From positions 5,119,690 to 5,183,689 of the forward strand of contig OY760427.1 of NCBI GenBank assembly GCA_963663495.1: a stretch of 64,000 nt of DNA. The letters run 5' to 3'. The notes under the pieces are model-generated. The model did not search any database, had not been told where the DNA came from, and saw nothing but the letters and a program-made list of their open reading frames with translations. Below are positions 29,141 through 37,781 of the stretch, in pieces. The position numbers were made by a program, and so were the translations under genes. Position 1 is the first letter of the stretch, and each line of letters begins with the position of its first letter. The stretch is from Rhodothermales bacterium. Lineage in GTDB: Bacteria > Bacteroidota > Rhodothermia > Rhodothermales > Bin80.

Positions 29141-31491
29141 CCTAACTTCGCCATTTCGTAGTGCTACTAACCTACGGAATTCTCCCGTGGCCATATTTGG
29201 ACCGTTTTTTTCAGGAGCAATGGATGGTGAGATTTACCGGATCGGTTGAAGTTGGTTTAGGGTGGTTTGAATCCCTGATTACCTGGTGTTTTGCCGCCTG
29301 TTTCGCTGCGATCTATCTCGGATCGTTTCCATCGGACGTAGCTCTGGTGGCTCCATCTGGAGTACGCTATCTCAACCGTTGTGAAGGGACCATACGTCAT
29401 GAGTCTGGAGGCTTCTGGCTCACCGGTGCACTCGCTTCCTCCACATGCTCGGTCACGGTGCGGGTCGCATCCGGATCATACACGTATCCCAGTACCGCAA
29501 AGAACTGTACCATACTCGGAGGCAGATCCTGATCCACCTCCGTGATCAGGTACCGATATTGGTTCTTAACCATCTTGGTCGTAATCCGACGAATCCTGTT
29601 CAACCTGTCTCGGATCGTCGCCCAACTATCATGAATCCCGTGTTCCTTGAGTCTGGTGCGAACCAGATGGGCAGCATGATAAGCCAGTACCGTGATGAAC
29701 AGATGTCCTTCAATGCGGTCATCTCTGCTGTGGTAGATGGGCCGTAGACCGAGGTCCGATTTCATGACTCTGAATGTGCGCTCAATCTCTGTAAGTCGCC
29801 AGTAGGTTCGTGCAACCGTTTCCACCGACCATCCGGTATGACTGGTCCGAAGCACATACCCTCCGCTGGCCTGGGTGCGACGCGCATGCGACGCACGCCG
29901 GGTCACCGTAACGGATTCTGCATGCTTGGTGCCCTCCTTTTTGCTGACCTCTACCTCATACAGGTGTGAGACCTTCTTGTACTTTTCCTTCAGACGACCA
30001 ACCTTTATCGTGACCTTTTCATAGTTCTTCAAGTACCCGGGTTTCGAGAGTCCCTCATGTAGTGTAGTGAGCGCCTTCACAAACTTCTTGCATTGGGTTT
30101 CAAGGATCTGATCCTCCTTCGCCTGCTTGGCCTCACTGTGCACAAACACGCGTAGTTCCGCATTATCTTCAACGTCTTTTTCGTCTTCGCCATCTTCGCC
30201 ATCTTTTTCCTTTTTGGTGACCTTCCAGGCTTTGATCTTGACTCCCCCGGCGGTCGTAAACTGTTGATCCGGCTTGTTTTCGGGGACTGGAGGGGCTTTG
30301 GAACGCTCCACGGTGATCCAGTTCAGTCCCTGTTCTTTCAGGTACTGCAGATTCTGCTCCGTCGCAATGCCGGAGTCCATAATCACTGTGGGCGTAGCGC
30401 CGTTTAGTTTCTCAATCGCCTCTTTGAGCGTTGCCGGTTCCCCTGCATTGCCCGGCAGGATCTGCACATTGCGGGGGAACCCCGAACCATCCAGGGTGAG
30501 CGCCAGCGTAACCAACGGACAATCACTGCGCTTTTCCTTGCTGCGCCCATGCGACAACAACTTCCCTTTCTTCTTGCCGTGGTAATAGGTATTGGTTAAA
30601 TCATAAAAGACGATCGTTTCTTCAAACTGCAATACCGCTTTGGTAATGCCAAAGAGTTTCTCCAGGATCTCATCCATATGCTTATGGATCAGATCGGTGC
30701 AACGATAGAGGGTGTTGAGACTCGGGGGTTCCAAATCCAGAAGCTGCAGAACACTGGAGGTTTTACACAGCCATTTATGCGTTTCTCGTTCACTGCCCGG
30801 GTGGAGCATACGTCCGACGATCAGCGCACAGCAGAGCTTGACGTGTTTCTCGCAGAAGTTGAGCGAACGTAGCAGTACAGCCAGTCCGAGCTGTTCCAAT
30901 GTCTGAAGGATCAGTCGTTCTCCGCCGACGGTCCGGGAATCGGGATGGGTTGTTTTCTCTGGATCAATGAGGTGTTGCTGATGGGATGTGCGATGGATGT
31001 CGTAGCCCTTGCTTTCGAGATGTGCAACGATGTCGTCGACCGCATTGAGAAAGGCTTCATCATTCTGGAAAGGGAGGCTGGCTTTCCCTTTGAGTCGGGC
31101 AGTAACGCAATGGGTCAGTTCCCCCCACAGACTGCGGGGGATGTTGAAGTTCGGGCCGAGATTAAGGAGGGTGCGGTGTTTGGAGGTACCGTCTTTGCGA
31201 TAGGATTCGATGAGGGCAAAGCTGTTGCATTTCTTACCGTCTTTACGTTTGTAGGGTCGGTTTCGGATAAACATGATCGGAGTGTGGAATTGGTACGAGG
31301 TAAGGTACCGGGGTGGTTGGGGGGAGGTTCCCGTCCACACCTCTATAGCACTACATTGCCTTTTCCGAAAAAGTCGGCTAAAAAAGGTCGAAAAACGCCG
31401 AATTTAGCCGAAATAGCCCTATTAGGAGGGAAAAACGAGAGAATTGGAGGCGGAACTCAGCGTTTTCCCCTGACCGGATGGCGAAGTTAGG
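29141..31491 (-). mobile_element. IS1634-like (IS4-related) insertion sequence, 2,351 bp, nested in the leader of tnpB element copy 1
   Basis: The 14-bp IRs are CCTAACTTCGCCAT (29141..29154) and its reverse complement at 31478..31491. A 4-bp duplication TTAT lies at 29137..29140 and 31492..31495. Removing the IS plus one TTAT restores the leader seen in copy 2, apart from one substitution. Confidence 0.85.
29397..31274 (-). CDS. IS1634-family-like DDE transposase
   Basis: The ORF is 29397..31340; the likely start is M23 (31274). The N-terminus MFIRNRPYKRKDGKKCNSFALIESYRKDGTSKHRTLLNLG is the typical opening of IS1634-type transposases. The protein is about 625 aa. Confidence 0.75.
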   Translation of the reverse strand: MFIRNRPYKRKDGKKCNSFALIESYRKDGTSKHRTLLNLGPNFNIPRSLWGELTHCVTARLKGKASLPFQNDEAFLNAVDDIVAHLESKGYDIHRTSHQQHLIDPEKTTHPDSRTVGGERLILQTLEQLGLAVLLRSLNFCEKHVKLCCALIVGRMLHPGSERETHKWLCKTSSVLQLLDLEPPSLNTLYRCTDLIHKHMDEILEKLFGITKAVLQFEETIVFYDLTNTYYHGKKKGKLLSHGRSKEKRSDCPLVTLALTLDGSGFPRNVQILPGNAGEPATLKEAIEKLNGATPTVIMDSGIATEQNLQYLKEQGLNWITVERSKAPPVPENKPDQQFTTAGGVKIKAWKVTKKEKDGEDGEDEKDVEDNAELRVFVHSEAKQAKEDQILETQCKKFVKALTTLHEGLSKPGYLKNYEKVTIKVGRLKEKYKKVSHLYEVEVSKKEGTKHAESVTVTRRASHARRTQASGGYVLRTSHTGWSVETVARTYWRLTEIERTFRVMKSDLGLRPIYHSRDDRIEGHLFITVLAYHAAHLVRTRLKEHGIHDSWATIRDRLNRIRRITTKMVKNQYRYLITEVDQDLPPSMVQFFAVLGYVYDPDATRTVTEHVEEASAPVSQKPPDS

Positions 31492-31649
31492 TTATTGTGC
31501 TTTGGTGGTGCAGACAGGATGGCTTTTGCCAGTTTTTCATAATCGGCTCCCGCTTTTCACGAAAAACTGCAATTATTTCAAATAACTCAACACGTGGGTA
31601 CGCATGGAATATAATTTTCATATATTAGGGAGTTATATATCACAGTGCC

Positions 31650-32900
31650 ATGCCCGAAACGGTTAGTGCATACCGCAATATCACATACAGGCTGTTGCCC
31701 GGAAGTCGAAGTAACGCCAAGCAACTTGCTGGATTAGCGGGTGCGTGTAGGTTTGTGTGGAATGCCATCCTCGCAGAGCAGAGCGAGGCCTACAAGAAAG
31801 CGAAAGAGGCTGGAGAGAAGCCGCCCTCGGTAAGCTTCTTCTCGCTGGGGAAGCGGTTCACGGCACTGCGCCGTACGGTCGAGTGGCTACCTGAATACTC
31901 CTTTGGTGTCGTTAGATACACATTGAAATATCAGGCGGATGCATGGAAAGCATTCTTCAAGGAAGGTAAGAGAAGACCGAGATTCCATTCCAGACGTGGT
32001 AGTACGCCTTCGTTCACGATCCCGGATAACGTAAGGGTTCGGGATGGCAAGCTGTATATCCCGAAAGTGGGATATATGGCGCTCCGCAGGCGGGGAGGCA
32101 ACCCGTACCCTGATGGTATACCCATCAAAGCCACTGTAAAGAAGAACGCAGGCAAATGGTATGCTGTCATCTGCTACAAGATGGAGGCACCTGTAATAGA
32201 GGATACCGGCAGTGCTGTAGGCATTGACCGTAATTGCGGGCAGATCGCTATGGTCTCCACAGAGGGCGATACAAGCATTATCAGACAACCGGATACGAAG
32301 CGTCTTGATGCCAAGTTGAAGCGGCATCAGCGAAGACTGGCGAGACAGAAGAAAGGCTCCAACCGTCGTAACAGGCGGAAGCATAGAATCGCCCGCATAC
32401 AGCGCAAGCGTGCTACCATCCTCAAGAATGCGAACCACCAGGTAAGTCGCAGTATTGCCAAATGCTCCTCAACGGTGATACTGGAGGACCTAAAGATCAA
32501 AGCGATGACACGTTCAGCTAAGGGGACGATGGAGAGCTTTGGCACAAACGTCAGACAGAAGTCTGGCCTCAACCGTGGAATACTGCGAACAGGTTGGGGC
32601 CAGCTGGATCAGATGCTGAGCTATAAGTGCCGCAAGGTGATAAAGGTTACCGCTGCCTATACCAGTCAGCGGTGTTCTGTGTGTGGGCACACAGAAGCGA
32701 GTAACCGTAAGACGCAGAGCAAATTCACGTGTATGTCCTGTGGACATGCGGATCATGCAGACCTGAATGCGGCTGCAAACATACTGGCCTCCGGGATTGG
32801 GGCTTCTGCACGGCGAGGGGCGTTCGGGTTACCGACCCCTATGACCCGTGAAATTGATACTAGTGCCTCACTGTGTACAGTTGGTCACTCACGTATATAA
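31650..32900 (+). CDS. tnpB: TnpB (OrfB_IS605/Zn-ribbon) RNA-guided-nuclease family protein, apparently intact
   Basis: 416 aa. RuvC-I is AVGIDRN and RuvC-II is TVILEDLKIK. The zinc finger is CSVCGH...FTCMSCGHADHAD, and RuvC-III is DLNAAANIL. Confidence 0.9.
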   Translation: MPETVSAYRNITYRLLPGSRSNAKQLAGLAGACRFVWNAILAEQSEAYKKAKEAGEKPPSVSFFSLGKRFTALRRTVEWLPEYSFGVVRYTLKYQADAWKAFFKEGKRRPRFHSRRGSTPSFTIPDNVRVRDGKLYIPKVGYMALRRRGGNPYPDGIPIKATVKKNAGKWYAVICYKMEAPVIEDTGSAVGIDRNCGQIAMVSTEGDTSIIRQPDTKRLDAKLKRHQRRLARQKKGSNRRNRRKHRIARIQRKRATILKNANHQVSRSIAKCSSTVILEDLKIKAMTRSAKGTMESFGTNVRQKSGLNRGILRTGWGQLDQMLSYKCRKVIKVTAAYTSQRCSVCGHTEASNRKTQSKFTCMSCGHADHADLNAAANILASGIGASARRGAFGLPTPMTREIDTSASLCTVGHSRI

Positions 32901-32905
32901 TTCCC
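32760..32905 (+). ncRNA. Candidate omega-RNA (reRNA) scaffold overlapping the tnpB 3' end and the right end
   Basis: This is by analogy to characterised TnpB loci. The segment is conserved between the two copies right up to the ends (32905 and 42873), after which they diverge completely. It contains local hairpins such as AGGGGCG..CGACCCCT. The boundaries are a guess. Confidence 0.3.
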
Positions 32906-32920
32906 CGTTTAAACCCGCTA

Positions 32921-33907
32921 ATGTGCGAGATGACGAATCCCCAGCGTTTGGCCCGCGACCTTAAGCAGGAGGCCCGTCGGCTTGGATTGGCAGCCTGCGG
33001 TATTGCGAAGGCTGAGCGATTGGACGAGCAGGCGCGGCTCTTGGAAGCATGGCTTACAGCAGGACGCCATGCTTCCATGTCGTACATGGACCGAAACTTT
33101 GAAAAGCGGATTGACCCGACCCGACTGGTGGACGGAGCCCAGTCCGTAGTATCTGTGATTGACAACTACTATCACCCCGACCCTGCACCCGTTAAGGACT
33201 CGCTAGGCTGCATTAGCCGGTACGCACGGGGAGACGATTACCATTACGTGCTGAAGGACAAGCTCTTTGCACTGTACCACTGGCTTGAAGATCGTGTGGG
33301 AACCATGACCGGGCGGGTGTTCGTGGATTCTGCCCCCGTGATGGACAAGGAATGGGCCCGGAGGAGCGGTCTCGGCTGGATAGGTAAACATTCAAACCTG
33401 ATAAACCCATCCCTGGGCTCCTATGTATTCATAGGGGAGATGATCATCAGTGTGCCGCTTGCGGCGGACAATCCCTTCCAAACCGATCACTGCGGGTCAT
33501 GCACCGCATGCATGGACGCCTGTCCAACCGATGCCATCTACCGTCCCTATGCGGTGGATGCAAACCGGTGCATTTCGTATTGGACCATAGAGCATCGGGG
33601 GGACACCATCCCGGAAACCTTGGGAGAAAAGTTTGGCAACTGGATCTTCGGCTGCGACATTTGCCAGGAAGTATGCCCTTGGAACAAGTTCAGCCGCCCA
33701 ACCCGCGAGCCTCGGTATCAGGCACGCCCGGACGCAACCGATACGTCCCTTGACACATGGATGGAATTAGACATGGAAGCCTTTCGCGCACGCTTCAGGA
33801 ACAGCCCCGTGAATCGTGCACGCTTTGAAGGATTTGTCCGCAATGTCCGCAACGCACGCGCTAACCGGGATCGGCACTCTCCAGACGCAGCAGAGGGAAA
33901 AGAATAA
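32921..33907 (+). CDS. queG: Epoxyqueuosine reductase QueG
   Basis: CGSCTACMDACPTDAI, CISYWTIEHRG and CDICQEVCPWNKF motifs. The start is ATG 32921 or 32930; the upstream part of ORF 32873.. lies inside the IS right end. Confidence 0.9.
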   Translation: MCEMTNPQRLARDLKQEARRLGLAACGIAKAERLDEQARLLEAWLTAGRHASMSYMDRNFEKRIDPTRLVDGAQSVVSVIDNYYHPDPAPVKDSLGCISRYARGDDYHYVLKDKLFALYHWLEDRVGTMTGRVFVDSAPVMDKEWARRSGLGWIGKHSNLINPSLGSYVFIGEMIISVPLAADNPFQTDHCGSCTACMDACPTDAIYRPYAVDANRCISYWTIEHRGDTIPETLGEKFGNWIFGCDICQEVCPWNKFSRPTREPRYQARPDATDTSLDTWMELDMEAFRARFRNSPVNRARFEGFVRNVRNARANRDRHSPDAAEGKE

Positions 33908-35372
33908 CATCCCGGATGGATGACTGGTCCGTCATCACCATGGCAAGGCGATCAATGCCGACACCAAGACCCGCAGTTGGCGGCATGCCGTATTCGAGAG
34001 CGCGAAGGTAGTCCTCGTCCACGGGCATCGCCTCGACATCTCCACCGCTGGCCTGTTGACGCTGCTCCATAAACCGGGCACGCTGGTCCTCAGGGTCATT
34101 GAGCTCGCTGAAGGCGTTGCAGAGTTCCTTACCGTTACAGAACCCCTCAAAGCGCTCCACCAACCCGTGCCGGGAGCGATGCCGTTTTGCGAGAGGGCTT
34201 AGCGCAAGCGGGTAGTCAATAATGAAGGTGGGCTGAACGAGGTGCGGCTCCACAGTCTCACTGAATATCAGGTCAAGCAGCTTGCCCTCCCCCATCGTGC
34301 CGTCTGGCTCCAAACCCCGTTTGTGCGCAGCAGCCTCCAGCGTTTCCCTGCCAGCGCCGTACAAGTCCAGACCTGTATACGCACGTATGGCATCAAAAAA
34401 GGGGAGGCGGCGCCAAGGCGGGGCAAACGACAGCTGGCCGTCTCCGCAAGGCACTTCCGCCGTGCCGTGTATGCCGCGTGCCACATAGCACAGCATTTCC
34501 TCTACCAATTCCATCATCCAGCGGTAGTCTTTATAGGCGACATACAGCTCAAGCATGGTGAATTCAGGGTTGTGGTACCGGCTAATCCCCTCGTTGCGGA
34601 AGTCCTTGGCAATCTCGTATACCCCGTCAAAGCCACCTACGATCAATCGCTTAAGGTACAGCTCATCTGCTATGCGCAGGTACAGCGTCATATCAAGAGC
34701 ATTGTGATGGGTCACAAAAGGACGCGCGGCTGCGCCGCCGTAGATCGGCTGTAACGCCGGTGTCTCCACCTCCACATAGCCACGCTCATCCAGAAAGCCG
34801 CGCAGCAGTGTAATCATCCGGGCTCGCCGTTCAAACACCTCGCGGACATCAGGGTTAACGGCCAGATCCACATACCGCTGGCGGTAGCGGAGCTCCTGGT
34901 CGGTCAGCCTGTTGAACTGCTGATCATCGGCCTTCTTGCCTGCCGGAAGCGGGCGGAGAGCCTTTGCCAATAGTGCAAAGCGGGTTGCGTGGACCGTGAT
35001 TTCTCCCACACGCGTTCGGAATACAAACCCCGCAACACCTACCACATCGCCCAAGTCCAGCAGGCGCTTGAAGGCTTCATTGTAGAACCCTGGCGGAAGG
35101 TCGTCCCGCCGCAGGTAGACCTGGATTCGTCCGGTTGCGTCCTGCAGATCAATAAACGCAGCCTTACCCATCACTCGCTTGGACACGATGCGGCCGGCGA
35201 TGGATACAAGCATCGCTCCGTCCGCGTGCTGCGTGTCGTCGAATGTCTCTACGACGGTACGTACATGGAAGTCTACGTCCCAAGCGTACGGGTACGGCTC
35301 CGTACCCCTGGCGCGCAGCGCACCAAGTGCCTCCCTCCGGGTGTCCTCCTGGTCAGTGTATGCGCGCGCCAA
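33861..35372 (-). CDS. lysS: Lysine--tRNA ligase (class II)
   Basis: OB-fold N-terminus. Class II motifs (...FRNEGISRYHNPEFTMLE..., ...GLGVGIDRLAMVMT...). Confidence 0.95.
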   Translation of the reverse strand: MARAYTDQEDTRREALGALRARGTEPYPYAWDVDFHVRTVVETFDDTQHADGAMLVSIAGRIVSKRVMGKAAFIDLQDATGRIQVYLRRDDLPPGFYNEAFKRLLDLGDVVGVAGFVFRTRVGEITVHATRFALLAKALRPLPAGKKADDQQFNRLTDQELRYRQRYVDLAVNPDVREVFERRARMITLLRGFLDERGYVEVETPALQPIYGGAAARPFVTHHNALDMTLYLRIADELYLKRLIVGGFDGVYEIAKDFRNEGISRYHNPEFTMLELYVAYKDYRWMMELVEEMLCYVARGIHGTAEVPCGDGQLSFAPPWRRLPFFDAIRAYTGLDLYGAGRETLEAAAHKRGLEPDGTMGEGKLLDLIFSETVEPHLVQPTFIIDYPLALSPLAKRHRSRHGLVERFEGFCNGKELCNAFSELNDPEDQRARFMEQRQQASGGDVEAMPVDEDYLRALEYGMPPTAGLGVGIDRLAMVMTDQSSIRDVILFPLLRLESADPG

Positions 35373-35388
35373 GTGCAGCCTGCGGGAA

Positions 35389-36111
35389 TTATAGGCTCAC
35401 GGGTGTCACTTGCATCGGGATATCCACCAGCGGCCGGTCTGGGGTGCGAGAGCTCTGCGACATGCCAGCGGGCGTGGCCACCCTCGTAATGTGGTCAAGC
35501 ACATTAAACCCTTCCACCAACTCGCCAAAAACCGTGTACCCGCCATCCAGCATCGGAGCTCCACCGTCCGTTGTATACCCTTCCCGTTCCTCCTCGGAGT
35601 ACGAGAACGACGGATCTTCAAATTGCTGCCGTGCCCTTTCCTCGAATTGCGACAGATGGTCCGGTGGATAAAGAGTACCGTGAACAATGTAAAACTGGCT
35701 CCCGCTGGATGCCCGTTCCGGGTTCATTTGGTCCGGTGTCCGCGCCGCTGCCAGCGCGCCGCGCTTATGGAGTAAGCTACGGTTGATTTCTTTCGGGGTC
35801 GTGTACCCCGGTCCCCCCTGCCCATCGTTGTCAGGGTTATCATCGCGGGAATTCGGGTCTCCACCCTGAATCATGAATCCGGCCATCACCCGATGAAAGG
35901 TTGTTCCGTCGAAAAATTCGTCTGCAGCAAGCCGTTTGAAGTTGTCCCTGTGCAGCGGCGTTTCATCGTAAAGCCTAATGACCATACGCCCGTACGGAGT
36001 ATCAATGGCATAGTAGTTGGTGTCTGCGGCGCTATTCGCACCCGGGCCCTCATTAATACAGCTTGAAGTCAAAGCCACTACAACCAGGAAAAGAGAAATC
36101 CTATTGAACAT
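35389..36111 (-). CDS. Cyclophilin-type peptidyl-prolyl cis-trans isomerase (lipoprotein-like signal)
   Basis: FHRVMAGFMIQGGDP signature. N-terminus MFNRISLFLVVVALTSSC. Confidence 0.9.
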   Translation of the reverse strand: MFNRISLFLVVVALTSSCINEGPGANSAADTNYYAIDTPYGRMVIRLYDETPLHRDNFKRLAADEFFDGTTFHRVMAGFMIQGGDPNSRDDNPDNDGQGGPGYTTPKEINRSLLHKRGALAAARTPDQMNPERASSGSQFYIVHGTLYPPDHLSQFEERARQQFEDPSFSYSEEEREGYTTDGGAPMLDGGYTVFGELVEGFNVLDHITRVATPAGMSQSSRTPDRPLVDIPMQVTPVSL

Positions 36112-36499
36112 TGCCTAATTTGCTATGATGGGTTTGGAAGTATGCCAATACAGCTACCTTCAATAGTGTTTCCTGCTCCACCCCGGACAAGCCGGCAGGC
36201 AGGACCTCCATGACCTCCCACACCCAGTGTCCGTCCGCTTCCATGCCGGTTCGCTGATAAAAGCCCAAGGTTTCGAAGGCGCAGTATGTTCCCTCCACCA
36301 CAAGGCGCTCTTTTGTCGTCTTATCCAGGTCGCGAGCATATCCTCTGCCCGTTTCCTGTATGCCGATTAGAAACAATATGCCGTCCAGGTCACACTTTCG
36401 TCTGAACCGTTCCTTAAGCTGGACCGTGAGCCGCTGCCAGCGTTCTTCCACAACCTTGCGGGATCTCAATTGTGATTCCCATGAGGCGATATCGGGCAT
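36101..36499 (-). CDS. Hypothetical protein (132 aa)
   Basis: The ORF overlaps the start of the downstream PPIase gene by 11 nt, so an operon with the PPIase gene and lysS is likely. I recognise no motif. Confidence 0.45.
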   Translation of the reverse strand: MPDIASWESQLRSRKVVEERWQRLTVQLKERFRRKCDLDGILFLIGIQETGRGYARDLDKTTKERLVVEGTYCAFETLGFYQRTGMEADGHWVWEVMEVLPAGLSGVEQETLLKVAVLAYFQTHHSKLGNVQ

Positions 36500-36520
36500 G
36501 CTGAATGTGTCCGCGGCAAG

Positions 36521-37747
36521 GTGCGCCCCGAACAGAGATTCTTGCGGGAGGTTCCATTCGTGCGACTAGAGGCCCCTATACGTCCGCATGGTAAAGGATC
36601 CCGGAAAGCGGGTGTCCGGGGTACGCTCTTGATGTTGGACCATGCAGCGGTTCTCGGTGGAGCGGAGTGGTCCTTATACGATATTGCACGGCATCGCCCG
36701 TGCTCAGTCCTGCTATTTGAGGATGGCCCCCTCCGCGATATGCTATTGAAGGAACATGTTCCATGTGCTGTCATGCCTGCTCCCAACCTGCTCCGACGGC
36801 GGGGATCCACCTCACGCGCTGGCTGCAGGCTCCTGTTGCCTATGCAGCTAAGACATTTTGCTCGGCAGGTCAGCCGCCGGGCGCGCGGGGCGGGGATGCT
36901 CTATGCAAATTCTCTTCAATCGTTTCTGGTGGCCGCGGAGGCCGGAAGGCACGCACAAGTCCCTGTTATCTGGCACTTGAGAGAAATGCTGTCCGCACCG
37001 TACATTGACGGCGTGGGCCGGCGGTTGTGCGTGCGCTTCTCCCGCCGGCCAGCCGTATATATCATTGCGAACTCGCATGCCACCGCCCGTACATTCGTTG
37101 ATGCTGGCGGTGCGCCCGAGCGTCTTAGCGTGATTCACAACGGGGTTGAGGTGCACGCCGCTGCGGAACCCGCCATCAGCGTGCGATGGAATGGCTCTCC
37201 GGTGGTAGGCATGTTCGCCCGCCTGGCGCGCTGGAAGGGACACAGGGTGCTGCTTGACGCTCTGGCTTTGATGCCGGGCGTGCATGCCGTCATTGCCGGC
37301 GCGCCACTATTCGAATCGCCTGCATATGCAGCGGAGCTGAAGCAGCGTGCTGCAGGCTTGGACATTGATGAACGCGTCCATTTTGTAGGCCACCGGAGCG
37401 ATGTTCACGCTTTGATGCAGAGCGTTGACATCGTCGTGCACGCTTCAGTAGCCCCCGAGCCGTTCGGGCGCGTGATTGTGGAAGCGATGCACCTCGCCAA
37501 ACCTGTAGTAGCCACCGACACGGGAGGTGTGAAAGAACTTATCACGCACGGGAAGAACGGGATACTAATACCGCCCGCGGACGCCAGCCGACTTGCGAGC
37601 GCCGTAATGGAGCTGTTGAACGACAAGAATGCGGCGGCACACATGGGACGGCGAGGCGCCGCCGTGGCCGCCGCGAGGTTTTCATTACCGGCGATGCTTG
37701 CCAAATTGGATGCTCGTCTGGTAAGCATCGAGGAAGCGGGAGCATAA
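36521..37747 (+). CDS. Glycosyltransferase family 4 (GT-B, retaining)
   Basis: C-terminal EX7E region (SVAPEPFGRVIVEAMHLAKPVVATDTGGVKELI). The start is uncertain; M38 at 36632 (MLDHAAVLGGAEWSLYD) looks more like the usual N-terminus. Confidence 0.8.
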   Translation: MRPEQRFLREVPFVRLEAPIRPHGKGSRKAGVRGTLLMLDHAAVLGGAEWSLYDIARHRPCSVLLFEDGPLRDMLLKEHVPCAVMPAPNLLRRRGSTSRAGCRLLLPMQLRHFARQVSRRARGAGMLYANSLQSFLVAAEAGRHAQVPVIWHLREMLSAPYIDGVGRRLCVRFSRRPAVYIIANSHATARTFVDAGGAPERLSVIHNGVEVHAAAEPAISVRWNGSPVVGMFARLARWKGHRVLLDALALMPGVHAVIAGAPLFESPAYAAELKQRAAGLDIDERVHFVGHRSDVHALMQSVDIVVHASVAPEPFGRVIVEAMHLAKPVVATDTGGVKELITHGKNGILIPPADASRLASAVMELLNDKNAAAHMGRRGAAVAAARFSLPAMLAKLDARLVSIEEAGA

Positions 37748-37781
37748 CGACGCCATGATCCGATATTCTCCTGAAGCACTG

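Larger units (their letters stand above)
26850..32905 (+). mobile_element. Composite/nested transposon bounded by IS1595-type ends and an 8-bp target duplication
   Basis: The outer left end is GGGAGTTATAT.. at 26850. The outer right end is ..TATATAATTCCC, ending at 32905. CGTTTAAA is present immediately outside both ends (26842..26849 and 32906..32913). Confidence 0.7.
29094..32905 (+). mobile_element. tnpB-carrying TIR element, copy 1 (about 1,457 bp once the nested IS is removed)
   Basis: The left end GGGAGTTATATGGCTGAATGCC and the reverse complement of the right end GGGAATTATATACGTGAGTGAC match at 16 of 22 positions. The element is colinear with copy 2 (41382..42873) apart from the IS insertion at 29141..31491. 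Confidence 0.75.

Noticed and set aside
29010-29249. The peptide GSYMAECHAFSQELL recurs in several ORFs (28367.., 29010.., 41337..), suggesting a small protein family
   Set aside because: The recurrence comes from the repeated IS end and leader DNA (GGGAGTTATATGGCTGA.TGCCACGCG...). The frames are not conserved beyond the repeat, and each ORF has a different, non-homologous context.
30945-31490. 181-aa plus-strand ORF
   Set aside because: It is antisense to the 5' part of the IS1634-like transposase gene and runs into the IS end. It is a shadow ORF.
31887-32438. 183-aa and 160-aa minus-strand ORFs inside the tnpB copies (31887..32438, 41925..42407)
   Set aside because: They are antisense to tnpB. 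They are conserved only because the DNA is repeated, and they have no motifs.
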